Shown: one piece after another, positions 51,299 to 63,089 of the stretch
Layout of the letters: each line of letters begins with the position of its first letter
Position numbering within the stretch: position 1 is the stretch's first letter
Assembly: GCF_001194135.2 (NCBI RefSeq)
Contig: NC_069004.1
Coordinates: 14,900,048-14,964,047, forward strand
DNA length: 64,000 nt
Direction: 5' to 3'
Source: Octopus bimaculoides
Taxonomy: Eukaryota
Notes under the pieces: generated by a model
Databases searched by the model: none
Told to the model about the DNA's origin: nothing
Seen by the model: only the letters and a program-made list of their open reading frames with translations
Position numbers and translations under genes: made by a program

Positions 51299-51981
51299 NN
51301 NNNNNNNNNNNNNNNNNNNNNNNNNNNNNNNNNNNNNNNNNNNNNNNNNNNNNNNNNNNNNNNNNNNNNNNNNNNNNNNNNNNNNNNNNNNNNNNNNNNN
51401 NNNNNNNNNNNNNNNNNNNNNNNNNNNNNNNNNNNNNNNNNNNNNNNNNNNNNNNNNNNNNNNNNNNNNNNNNNNNNNNNNNNNNNNNNNNNNNNNNNNN
51501 NNNNNNNNNNNNNNNNNNNNNNNNNNNNNNNNNNNNNNNNNNNNNNNNNNNNNNNNNNNNNNNNNNNNNNNNNNNNNNNNNNNNNNNNNNNNNNNNNNNN
51601 NNNNNNNNNNNNNNNNNNNNNNNNNNNNNNNNNNNNNNNNNNNNNNNNNNNNNNNNNNNNNNNNNNNNNNNNNNNNNNNNNNNNNNNNNNNNNNNNNNNN
51701 NNNNNNNNNNNNNNNNNNNNNNNNNNNNNNNNNNNNNNNNNNNNNNNNNNNNNNNNNNNNNNNNNNNNNNNNNNNNNNNNNNNNNNNNNNNNNNNNNNNN
51801 NNNNNNNNNNNNNNNNNNNNNNNNNNNNNNNNNNNNNNNNNNNNNNNNNNNNNNNNNNNNNNNNNNNNNNNNNNNNNNNNNNNNNNNNNNNNNNNNNNNN
51901 NNNNNNNNNNNNNNNNNNNNNNNNNNNNNNNNNNNNNNNNNNNNNNNNNNNNNNNNNNNNNNNNNNNNNNNNNNNNNNNNN
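51299..51981. other. Assembly gap (N)
   Basis: Run of N. Confidence 1.
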
Positions 51982-52624
51982 TATGTATGTATGTATACAC
52001 ACATACACACACAAACACATGCATAGAAAGAAAGAGAGAGGGGAAATTATATTGCAATCACAGCCAGCCTTCAAGCAGGAGGTTCTCTCTTTGCTTCTGC
52101 AATCCCATTTATGTTATGATTCATTTAATGATATGTTTATCCTTCCATTTTCACTCCCTCATCAGAAAGATAGAATGATGATACCAAATCTCACCAATTC
52201 TTTCGTGTGATATCCAGTAAACATTGAAATTAATTTGATTGTGTACATTGCATTCACTGACTCTAATTTAATTTTAACTTTTCAATTTCATTGTGTATTT
52301 AATGATATCAAATTATATTTACAATGTTATCAAATTATGTATTAAACAATATCAAATTTCTCCTCATGACAGTGATAAACCTGGATATGTACTGACATCA
52401 AATTTATCATAAGCTTTACCTTCATGCTTTCATCAAGTTCACTGTTGTATTTCACTCTAATTTGAGTGTCTCTGTAGTGGTATTTGCTCACTTCAAAGTG
52501 GAAAGTTAGATACTATGGTTATTTTATAAGAATGGCCAGAAACATACCAGATTCTCAAGCCTCTTCTGGAGTGATAAATAAATGATTTCAGTTCAAACAC
52601 TCTGTACTCTTGAATTTCCAGATA

Positions 52625-52815
52625 TAGATACCTCACCAATGCTGGTGCCATGTAAAAAGCACCCAGGCCACTCTGTAAGGTGGTTGGTGTTAGGAAGGGC
52701 ATCCAACTGTAAAAAACCCTGCCAAAACAGACAGTGAAGCCTGGTGCAGCCTTCTGGCTTGCCAGCTCCTTTCAAATCATGTCAGCATGGAAAATGGATG
52801 TTAAATGATGCTGAC
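52625..52815 (+). mobile_element. RTE-LINE 3' UTR copy (family C)
   Basis: ggtgccatgtaaaaagcacc...ggtgttaggaagggcatcca...cagcatggaaaatggatgttaaatgatg. Confidence 0.75.
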
Positions 52816-52984
52816 AATGATATGACAACAACAACATTAAATGACAATGGTGACTGCGACAATGATCCCAAAACGTTTGCCTTTGATTTTTGTTATATTC
52901 CTTAAAATGCTGGATTATTATAACACCCATTTCGGTATGCAGTATACTTAGTAAAACCAGTAAAGACATGACTATCTCTTGACT

Positions 52985-54345
52985 ACTTACTACGTACTCT
53001 GGTACTTCATGTACTTCTCTTTGCTTATAGTGACCAGGTTATTCCATTCGTCACATGGGAGGGGTGTATCATTATTACGAGTTCCCCACAGCATCTCCCC
53101 TTTTAAGTTTTTCTTAGGAAGTGTCATTCAATTTAGCAATATTTTTTTTTATTCACCCTGCCTCCCTTTTTTGAGTTTTTCTATTTTTTTCCTACAATTT
53201 AATATCTTTTGTGCTTGGTATCTATTTTCAAGAACTTTGTGTGTTTTCTTTCTTCTCACTTGCACACCTGGTTCAATCACTTGCAGTAGTGTTGGTATTT
53301 GGAATGTATCATACAACCATTCCATCGGTTTCTGCAACTTCTTTGATCTGCTTTCCACAAATCTCTTTTTCAGTTGGTTCCTGTGTTTTTCCTTTATGCC
53401 TTCTCTACTTTTTACCCAACACATCATTTTACCTAGGCATTTGGTAATTATGCCATCTTCGCAACTCTGCTTTCCATTCTTGTATGCCCTCATAAACACC
53501 TTTTAACCAAATTTCAAGAATTTTGCTGTCTTCCCTGGCACTTTTTCTTTCTTCTAGGTTGCAATTTATCAAAGACTGATTTTACTTTCCTTGTAAACAT
53601 CAGCTCTGCAGGGGAGCTACCTACTGGTGTATTCAGATTTGGTGTCACACGGTACACTCTCTCTCTCTCTTTTACTCTTTTACTTGTTTCAGTCATTTGA
53701 CTGCGGCCATGCTGGAGCACCGCCTTTAGTCGAGCAAATCAACCCCAGGACTTATTCTTTGTAAGCCTAGTACTTATTCTATCGGTCTCTTTTGCCAAAC
53801 CACTAAGTTACGGGGACGTAAACACACCAGTATCGGTGGTCAACCAATGTTGGGGGGACAAACACAGACACACAAACACACACATATATATATATATACA
53901 TATACATATGTATGACGGGCTTCTTTCAGTTTCCGTCTACCAAATCCACTCACAAGGCTTTGGTCGGCCCGAAACTATAGTAGAAGACACTTGCCCAAGG
54001 TGCCACACAGTGGGACTGAACCCGGAACCATGTGGTTGGTAAGCAAGCTACTTACCACACATCCTACCTCATCCATGACTTCCTTATTCTATTTTCTAAG
54101 GGCTCTTTTGAAGGTATTGACAAAGCTTTCTGCCTGTCCATTAGATCTGGGATGGTATGGCACCATAGTTATATGTTCTGCCACAAACATTTCACAAAAT
54201 TTTAAAAATTTGCTAGACATAAATTGTTCTCCATTGTCTCAGACACTGTCTTTTCTGAGATGCCAAGGTTTGCAAACAATTTGTGTAAAAAATTTTTCAC
54301 AGTTGAGGAGGTTGGTTTTTGTGTGGCAAAGTTGACTTTGGTTAG
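52985..54345 (-). mobile_element. Ty3/gypsy integrase remnant, split by a SINE
   Basis: 54060-54340: DSV*DNGEQFMS...TMVPYHPRSNGQAESFVNTFKRALRK (integrase core). 53520-53655: YRVTPNLNTPVGSSPAELMFTRKVKSVFDKL. 53149-53499: GIITKCLGKMM...KHRNQLKKR. Confidence 0.85.
53664..54060 (-). mobile_element. Young family A SINE inside the gypsy integrase
   Basis: Near-consensus, lacking the last part of the head after cttaccacac. Confidence 0.9.
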
Positions 54346-54499
54346 ATTTGAAGGGAGGAAGCAGTAGGTCAGAACAAACACAATAACATGTTCTATCCAA
54401 TATTGTAAGAACTCTACTAATTCACTGCTTCATGGAAAATAAAACCCACTCTTTTACTCCAGCTAGTTAACTTCTGTCTTTTTCTTCTCTCTTCCTCAG

Positions 54500-54624
54500 G
54501 TAGATGGTGGCGGCGGCATAACTTGTATCCTACAAGATGGAACTGTGTTCGAGAAAGCTGGAGTCAATATCTCCGTTGTTAGAGGTAAACTACCTGTTGA
54601 AGCTGTTCGTCAGATGAGAGCAAG
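54500..54624 (+). CDS. CPOX: Coproporphyrinogen III oxidase exon (125 nt, phase 0/2)
   Basis: tctcttcctcag acceptor; encodes [41 protein letters not shown] plus ag; ag|gtatgt donor. GGG..C..QDG.VFEKAGV is a hallmark CPOX/HemF motif. Confidence 0.96.
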
Positions 54625-55089
54625 GTATGTTATACAATGTTGTCGTTGTTTGACCCTAGACAAGTCCTGATAGAAAAGATTTAGGATTAAATGTCTTCCC
54701 ACTGTGATATTTCCAAATTGGTATATGTCAGGGAGTATATTATTCAATGTAAGACAAAAGGGTGTGATTTGAGAGGGATATGGCTGCTATTTTCAGCAGG
54801 CTAAGGGACTGCATAGAGAATATTTCATTAGGTACAAAGGGTTCTTTAGTGTGGCTGTAAAGTCCTTGTTAAATCTGTCAACATCTTCAATGTACACAAG
54901 TTTCCGAACTGCTCCCATTTTGCTTGGATGCCTCAAGATTTGTAAGATAAAAGTGGGATTAAACCATACAGCACCTACTGTTAATAATTATTGACACTAT
55001 AGGAAGACAATTCTAAGGATTCTTTACAAGTTAATTGGGATTGTGAATATTTAAACATTAAATGCATGAGGGAAATGAATGAACTGTGA

Positions 55090-55240
55090 ATATGGTTGTG
55101 CGGTAAGAAGCTTGCTTCCCAACCACATGGTTCTGGGTTCAGTCCCACTGCATGACACCTTGAGTAAGTGTCTTCTATTATTACCTCAGGCCAACTAAAA
55201 TCTTGTGAGTAGATTTTGTAGATGGAAACTGAAAGAAGCC

Positions 55241-55322
<82 letters not shown>

Positions 55323-55595
55323 GGCTTCTTTCAGTTTCCATCTATATACATATATATATATGTATGCATGTGTGTGTACATGTCTCTGTGTCCAAATTTG
55401 CCCCCCCCCCCCATCACTTTACAACCCGTGTTGGTGTGTTTACATTCCCATTACTTAGTAGTTCAGCAAAAGAGACCAGTAGAGTAAGTACCAGACTTCA
55501 AAAAATAATAAGTACTAGGGTCAAATCATTTGGCTAAAAATTTTTGGAGGCAGTGCTCCAGCATGGCCACAGCCTAATGACTGAAACAAGTAAAC
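55090..55595 (+). mobile_element. Family A SINE with an expanded (TA)n linker
   Basis: ggttgtgcggtaagaagcttgcttccc...catggccacagcctaatgactgaaacaagtaaa. Confidence 0.85.
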
Positions 55596-55767
55596 GACAA
55601 CCATGTAAAGAAATATGTATATATTTAACATACTGTAACCTGTCCAGGAATCCGAGGTGTTTCTGTGGCCTGCAGCGATTTGCTCTTTCGACCAGTGTAG
55701 AAATATTAAACAAATTGAAATCAAACCATATAAAATATATTCATAACATCAGACACACATACACATA

Positions 55768-56167
55768 GGTGCAGGAGTGGCTGTGTGGTAAGTAGCTTGC
55801 TTACCAACCACATGGTTCCAGGTTCAGTCCTACTGCGTGACACCTTGGGTAAGTGTCTTCTACTATAGCCTCGGGCCGACCAAGGCCTTGTGAGTGAATT
55901 TGGTAGACGGAAACTGAAAGAAGCCCGTCGTATATATGTGTGTGTGTGTGCATGTTTGTGAGTCTGTTTTTGTCCCCCTAGCATTGCTTGACCATCGATG
56001 CGGGTGTGTTTATGTCCCCGTCACTTAGCGGTTCGGTAAAAAGTGACCGATAGAATAAGTACTAGGCTTACAAAGAATAAGTCCTGTGGTCGATTTGCTC
56101 GACTAAAGGTGGTGCTCCAGCATGGCCGCAGTCAAATGACTGAAACAAGTAAAAGAGTAAAAGAGTA
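55768..56167 (+). mobile_element. Young full-length family A SINE
   Basis: ggtgcaggagtggctgtgtggtaagtagc...gactgaaacaagtaaaagagtaaaagagta. Confidence 0.9.
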
Positions 56168-56964
56168 TATCTATGTATGGAAAACATTACTGAACAGATT
56201 GTGGGAAATAATAACTTTTGCTTATATTCAGCAGCTGTTTCACATGATTGGCAGAGCTTCACTCTCTTTACATTCATTCAAGCAAAATGCTTCCATTAAT
56301 TTTAATTGTATTTAGAATTACTTTATAGGCACCGGTGTGGCTATAAGTGCAGGTGTGNNNNNNNNNNNNNNNNNNNNNNNNNNNNNNNNNNNNNNNNNNN
56401 NNNNNNNNNNNNNNNNNNNNNNNNNNNNNNNNNNNNNNNNNNNNNNNNNNNNNNNNNNNNNNNNNNNNNNNNNNNNNNNNNNNNNNNNNNNNNNNNNNNN
56501 NNNNNNNNNNNNNNNNNNNNNNNNNNNNNNNNNNNNNNNNNNNNNNNNNNNNNNNNNNNNNNNNNNNNNNNNNNNNNNNNNNNTAATAATAATATTAGGG
56601 ACAAAATCCAAAATTACAGGTAAAAAACTCAATTAAAATCAATTTATAAAAAATTAAAATTAAATTGAGCCTTATAGATAAAGTATATATAAAATATATA
56701 GTTTTAGGGAAAATAACCAATTTTCAAGAACTCATCGATGAAAATCCACTATCACATATAGAAAAATTAATAATTAAAAGCACAATAAATGAGTATAATA
56801 TAAAGTAAAGTAAATATCATAAGATAAATATAATAAATATAATATAATATATATATATATATTAATAGTTATCACCAAGCTAACATGGCAATGTATATTT
56901 GTATATGTATACATATATATATATGCAGATGTATATATATATGCAGATGTATATATATATGTAG

Positions 56965-56995
<31 letters not shown>

Positions 56996-57121
56996 TGTAC
57001 ATGTATATGTATACATATATATATGTGTATACTTATATATATATGTATATATATATGTATACATATGTATATGTATACGTGTGTATAAGTACATATGTAT
57101 GCATATATGTATATGTATATA

Positions 57122-58080
57122 CTAGCAGAGACACCCCATATTGCTCGGGATTAAAATGGCATAGTTTGTATATTAATATATTACAGTTATGTTGAAACAG
57201 CTGATATGGGAAAGTGCAGCATTGACAACAAAAAATTTGTGGAGTAAATGATGGGCTAATTTGACTAAGCAACATTCTATGCGTCCGTTTGGAGTATTTC
57301 AGACCCTAACCTGTGGGGGTTATGTGATTTTTGAACACACCGAAAAGCTGGCAGTGGATTCACTCTCTTTTGCAGCAGTCGGTGCTGTGTCTAACACGGC
57401 CCATCATCTGAAATGTTGACATCTCCTTCGGGTTTGTTGTCCAACATCACTCATAAAGTAAATTTGGAGGAACTGTGGTTGTTCATTTGTGGGTAACAGG
57501 GAACCAATGAGGTGATAGACTTGCCCTTGAACTTTGATGTCGTCATAAATTCATGCTTATCTATCTTCTTAGATCCACCAAACGATGTCATTTGCAGAGT
57601 TGTATTGTCTGATATTGTTTAGAAAATCCTTTGACTGGATGGAAATTCCTTCTAGAAGATCCATAAGAGGCTGAGAAGGAGCTGGTAGTGCTGGCAATGT
57701 TACCTGACTGTCTGAGCAGCACATACCATTTGTTTCATTTGAAAATTTTAAAGCTCTATAGAAAAGACAATTTGTGTTTAGCACACCAATTTGGACAGAG
57801 TTATTATTTTTATAAGAATGGGATGGATCATATCTGAAAACAGCTTCAGGAGTTGTGAAGAACGAATTTGTACGTAATCTGTTCCTGAGAGCTATTCTAC
57901 TGGACCTCTGTCTAATCATTAAAACATTGATTTAATGATCCAGCATTAAGTGCTGCAACATGCATTTGCTGATCTTGAGAAAATCTCATCTCTCCTCAGA
58001 CTCTTGCCTTCGGTTTTCTACAATCCTCCTTGCTTTATACTTGTTTCTGGAGAGATTATGTCTTTTCTTTGGTGGCATAT
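57122..58080 (-). mobile_element. Internally deleted Helitron: RepHel N-terminus joined to the 3' terminus
   Basis: MPPKKRHNLSR... (ATG 58078); QIGVLNTNCLFYRALKFSNETNGMCCSDSQVTLP...FLNNIRQYNSA / MTSFG / KVQGQVYHLIGSLLP...FLQIYF. Minus-strand end cccgagcaatatgggg-tgtctctg-CTAG-T at 57122. The 5' TC end was not located. Confidence 0.85.
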
Positions 58081-59257
58081 TTTTCCCAATATTATAAACA
58101 AAAAATTATGAACATAGAAAGAAATCATACATTAATCCCTATTTTTGTAAGCAGTTGTATCCGTAAAAATTTTATTTGAAGAGAGCAGAAATTGAAAGAA
58201 GAGAAAGCGAAAGGAACAGAGAAAGAAAGTGAAAGATGTATGTACATCTATATGAAATGGACGTGTGTGTGTGTATGTATGTATGTGTGTGCGCGTGCTT
58301 GCATATGTGAGAGAGAAAGAGAGAGAGTGAGTGAGTGAAGGTGTGTGTCATGATGATTGATGTCTTTTAAGGTACACACACACATAGAAAATGTGACGTC
58401 ATCATATAAAATTTTTACGATAGTTGATTTATGGAAAAGATTATAATGTTAAATTTTTGAAATGCAAATATGTGAATGGAAATTAAGTTTAATTTGTAGC
58501 CAAAATTGTACTGAATCTTTTGACACCCCATACGTCAAAATCTGTAACTCGGTTTTGGAATGCATAAGGAATATAAAATATATAGGACAGTATCTCACAT
58601 AACAATACAGACGTAATACTGAAATAGTGTAAGAGATAACAGATTGCTCTGGGCTCACATTAGGCAAGAAGTTGGAATTTTTTTTGGCTTTTGTATTTGA
58701 CGCCTTTTGCTTTAAGTATTTTATTTATATTGTATATATATATATGTATGTATGTATAAGCCAATGAGGGAGACCTCTACATGGTAGCTAGACTTGGTAG
58801 AAATAGCAGCTAAATCTCCCTCAAAACACCCTACTGTCTTAATCCGACAATTCTGCCTATTATGTAGTTTGAATGAGAAACTGTAACTAAAGGTTAAAAT
58901 TATTAACCCCATAGAGAGAGGAAAGAAGAGAGACAAGCATAGAGACTGTTTTGGCTGACTGTCATCCTGTACTTCCCTTGTTGCTAGTGAAATGGTATGT
59001 GCCAACTGTCTGAGCAACTGGTTGTTTTAATGGTGGAACAAACAGGACATAAAGATTACAAGAATAGCGATTCTCACTTTGAAACTAACAATTTTGAAAA
59101 TCTTTTTAGATTACGGAACACTCTGCTTTCTCATGTATCCATGTTTAAAATTTCAGCGTGATCGGATGAACAATACTCAAGTTATAAACGCACAAACAGA
59201 CAGACAGACAGAACAGATTTTATATTTTAAGATATATATATATGTATACATATATAT

Positions 59258-59319
<62 letters not shown>

Positions 59320-59360
59320 GTGTGTGTGTATNNNNNNNNNNGTGTGTGTATATATATATA

Positions 59361-59413
<53 letters not shown>

Positions 59414-59612
59414 ATGTATATATATATATATGTGTGTGTGCGTGTGTGTATAAATATATATATATGCATACATATATATGTCTATGTATGTATATATGTA
59501 TGTATACATAAATATTTATACACACACACATACATGTATCTGTCTCTCTATGTGTAAGTGGTGGTGGTGGGGCAAACAGATAGATAAACTTACACATAGA
59601 TGGATACATACA

Positions 59613-59650
<38 letters not shown>

Positions 59651-60357
59651 GTATTTATGTGTGTGTCTGTGTGTGTATGTATGAATATATCTATGTATGT
59701 TTATGTGCCTTTGTGTTTGTGCTTGTCTTCTACTTCACAACTAATGTTGGTTTGTTTTTGTCCCCATAACTTAATGGTATGGTATAAGTTACCAAAAGAA
59801 TAAGCACCAAGATTTTTTTTTTAAATTACAGTTCTATGCTGAAAAGTTCCTGACACAGGAAGATCAGTAAATTATGATTCTATTCTACATATTCCCATCT
59901 TGGGTTCACATACTTATTGCAGCCATCCTACAGTTTTTCTGAGCCTTGTAAAAGAACTTGTAAGGTTGGGTCTCCAACTAGTCTTTGGTCAGCCCATGGT
60001 TATAGTAGAAGACACTTGCTCAGGTCATCATGCAGTGGGGCTGTAGCCAAGACCACATGGTTGGGAAGCAAGCTTCTTAACTACATGGTCACAATTGTGT
60101 CTATGATTATTCATGCATTTTTTTAGGTAAATATTTGTGATTTGAAGGAGAGCTAACTACTATGTCTAACTGATCAAATGACCATGCTGGAGTTCAGTAC
60201 ATTAGAAAGAGGGTTCTATAAGTTGTTGTCTTTTTAGCTCTAGATCGACCGTAAGCATCTCATCTTTTCAGAAGTCTATGAGACCACATTGTACAATCTG
60301 TTTCCATTACAATGAGATCAGGCTGTTATTTCTAGCAGGCCATGTGACTAAGTAGAG

Positions 60358-60694
60358 CAGCGGTTCTTAAACATTTTTTTCAACTATGGAGCCATCTTTT
60401 TTACCATATTACGCTGGTGCACCCCCCCCCCCAGCCATAGCCATAGCCATTCGATGTTTAAAAACTAGTTTCATAGAAACTTCTTTCAAGATATCTATTT
60501 TGTTATTCACAAATTCACTTGTATTGGTCGAATTGTGTAAAACATTAGAGAAAAAAACTTCGCTGTTTCTTGCAATAAATACGTCTAAAGCAAAATTTTT
60601 CATGGACCCTTAAAACACTACTGTGGATCCCCAATTTGCGATTTCGTTTGCGTGGATCCCCGATTGTTATACGGTTCCTGTTTGAGAACCACCG
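60358..60694. mobile_element. hAT (Charlie-like) MITE
   Basis: TIRs cagcggttcttaaac / gtttgagaaccaccg; 8-bp flanks aagtagag/aagtagcg. Confidence 0.8.
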
Positions 60695-61454
60695 AAGTAG
60701 CGGCTCCTTACGAATGAACCAAGGGGAGGGAATTAAGAACATAAGGGAGGTAATGCTGAATCACTACTTTCATTCTTTAAAATTGATTTTTGTACTTTAC
60801 GCTTATTTTTCTCTTTACATAAATATATAAAATAAACATTTACAAAATATTTTTAACAGAATATATGCCATGCTGACGTAGTTTATTTTTTCTTTCTATC
60901 ATCAGCCAACTCTCAGAGACTGTTAATTTCATTTTGGAATGAACTGTTCTTGATTTTCTATCTTGATGTAGCTCTAAAAGATTTCACCATGTAGTGCAAG
61001 GGAGGTAACTCTGTCCTTCCTGGCTTGGGTATTTTCGTTTCAGATTCTTTTGTTTTTTGTGGGGGTTTTTGATTTTCGTTTTTGTTTTTTACTACCAAAC
61101 TGACCAAAACTGTATTTTTACTTCCATTAGTATAGTGGTTATGTATCTCCGGCCAGCATGTCTGATGAGTCGCTTATTTTGCTAAGTGCAATATAAGTAA
61201 TCTCACCATGTGGTGTCTGTAAATTAAATTAGTTTGAATGGCAGCCAAAACCTAAACGTATACATACAACTAGATGCATTATTGCTAATTAACGGTACTT
61301 GAGGCCATATTTTCCGAATGTTTGGTTTCCTGTGGTACCTTTTCTCAGCTAAGTAAACTGAGCTAACTAAAATCTGAGAGACTTGACCTCCTGCACAACA
61401 CATTGCCTTGTCATCTGCCTGTTGCACACTTCTGATCTTTTATGTGTCCTTGTA

Positions 61455-61790
61455 TCATCATCATTTAAGGTCTGTTGTCCATGCTGGCATGGGTTGGACG
61501 GTTTGACTGGGCTGGCACACTGGAAGGCTGTGCCAGGCTCCAGTCTGATTTGACATGATTTTCTACAGTTGGATGCCCTTCCTAACATGCCAACCACTCC
61601 AAGAGCGTAATGAGTGCTTTCATGTGCCACCGGCATGGGTGCCAGTTGTGTGACACCAGTATCTGCCATGACTTTGATTTCACTTAACTTGATGGGTCTT
61701 GTCATGCATGACATAATGCCAAAGGTCTTGGTCATTGCCTCCATGAGGCCCAACACTCGAAAGGCGCTCAGCCACTTTGCCTCCATGAGG
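61455..61790 (-). mobile_element. RTE LINE 3' end (ORF2 C-terminus plus family-C UTR)
   Basis: LGLMEAMTKTFGIMSCMTRP-like degraded C-terminus, UTR, tgatgatgat tail. Confidence 0.78.
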
Positions 61791-62019
61791 TCTGCAGTTA
61801 CAGGTATTGATAACATTCATTCTCTCTCTTCTCATTACGCAGTATTCGACTCACCCTACACATTTGTATATATATGTGTATATAATAACAACAGTAACTT
61901 GGAGATGGAAATTTATAGGCTTTATTAATGCATTATAACATGTTTCTACACCCCACACAGTCATTAGGTAGCAATTTTCCATATTCATAAGATAGGCTAT
62001 CGCCCAAACAAAACTAAAA

Positions 62020-62340
62020 ATCATCATCATCGTTTAACGTCCGTTTTCCATGCTAGCATGAGTTGGACGGTTTGACTGAGGACTGGCAAGCCTGTAGGCT
62101 GCACCAGGCTCCAATCTGATCTGGTAAGGTGTCTACAACTGGATGCCCATCCTAATGCCAACCACTCTGAGGGTATAGTGGGTGCTTTTTTACATGTCAC
62201 TGGCATGGGAGCCAGTCAGGTGGCACTGGCAGCGACCACGTTCAGATGGTGCTTTTTACGTGCCACCGTCACAAGAGCCAGTCGGTGGCTGGCTGAGGGT
62301 GGGGCTCTGGCATCGGCAGTGTTCAGATGGTGTTTTTTAC
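62020..62340 (-). mobile_element. Family C copy with internal repeated subunits
   Basis: catcatcatcgtttaacgtccgttttccatgctagcatg..., then repeated cagatggtg.ttttac subunits. Confidence 0.8.
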
Positions 62341-62631
62341 TGCGGCCATGCTGGGGCACTGCATTGAAATAAATTTATATATATATATATATNNNNNNNN
62401 NNNNNNNNNNNNNNNNNNNNNNNNNNNNNNNNNNNNNNNNNNNNNNNNNNNNNNNNNNNNNNNNNNNNNNNNNNNNNNNNNNNNNNNNNNNNNNNNNNNN
62501 NNNNNNNNNNNNNNNNNNNNNNNNNNNNNNNNNNNNNNNNNNNNNNNNNNNNNNNNNNNNNNNNNNNNNNNNNNNNNNNNNNNNNNNNNNNNNNNNNNNN
62601 NNNNNNNNNNNNNNNNNNNNNNNNNNNNNNN

Positions 62632-62858
62632 GGCACATAAAAGACACCATTTCGAGCGTGGCCGTTTTCGTGCGGGTGACACGTAAAAGCACCCACTACA
62701 CTCTCTGAGTGGTTGGCGTTAGGAAGGGCATCCAGCTGTAGAAACTCTGCCAAATTAGACTGGAGCCTGGTGTTGCCATCCGGTTTCACCAGTCCTCAGT
62801 CAAATCGTCCAACCCATGCTAGCATGGAAAGCGGACGTTAAACGATGATGATGATGAT
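62632..62858 (+). mobile_element. Young family C copy ending about 57 nt before the CPOX exon
   Basis: gagtggttggcgttaggaagggcatccagctgtagaaac...gcggacgttaaacgatgatgatgatgat. Confidence 0.85.
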
Positions 62859-62915
62859 ATATATATATACATATACATACAGATATATATACAAATTTTT
62901 GTTTTATAATTTCAG

Positions 62916-62982
62916 AGGTAAAGAGCTAAGTGATTCTCCTCTGCCCTTCTTCGCTTGTGGTGTCAGTTCTGTTGTACATCCT
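62916..62982 (+). CDS. CPOX: Coproporphyrinogen III oxidase exon (67 nt, phase 2/0)
   Basis: ttttataatttcag acceptor; a+GKELSDSPLPFFACGVSSVVHP; cct|gtaagt donor. Phase matches the previous exon (ag+a = Arg). LPF.A.GVSSV.HP is conserved in CPOX. Confidence 0.95.
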
Positions 62983-63040
62983 GTAAGTATATCTACAAGT
63001 TTAGATATATTCATGCATATACATATAACTATACATATAC

Positions 63041-63089
<49 letters not shown>

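Noticed and set aside
52979-53506. 175-aa + strand ORF as a host gene
   Set aside because: It is the antisense of the gypsy integrase C-terminal region.
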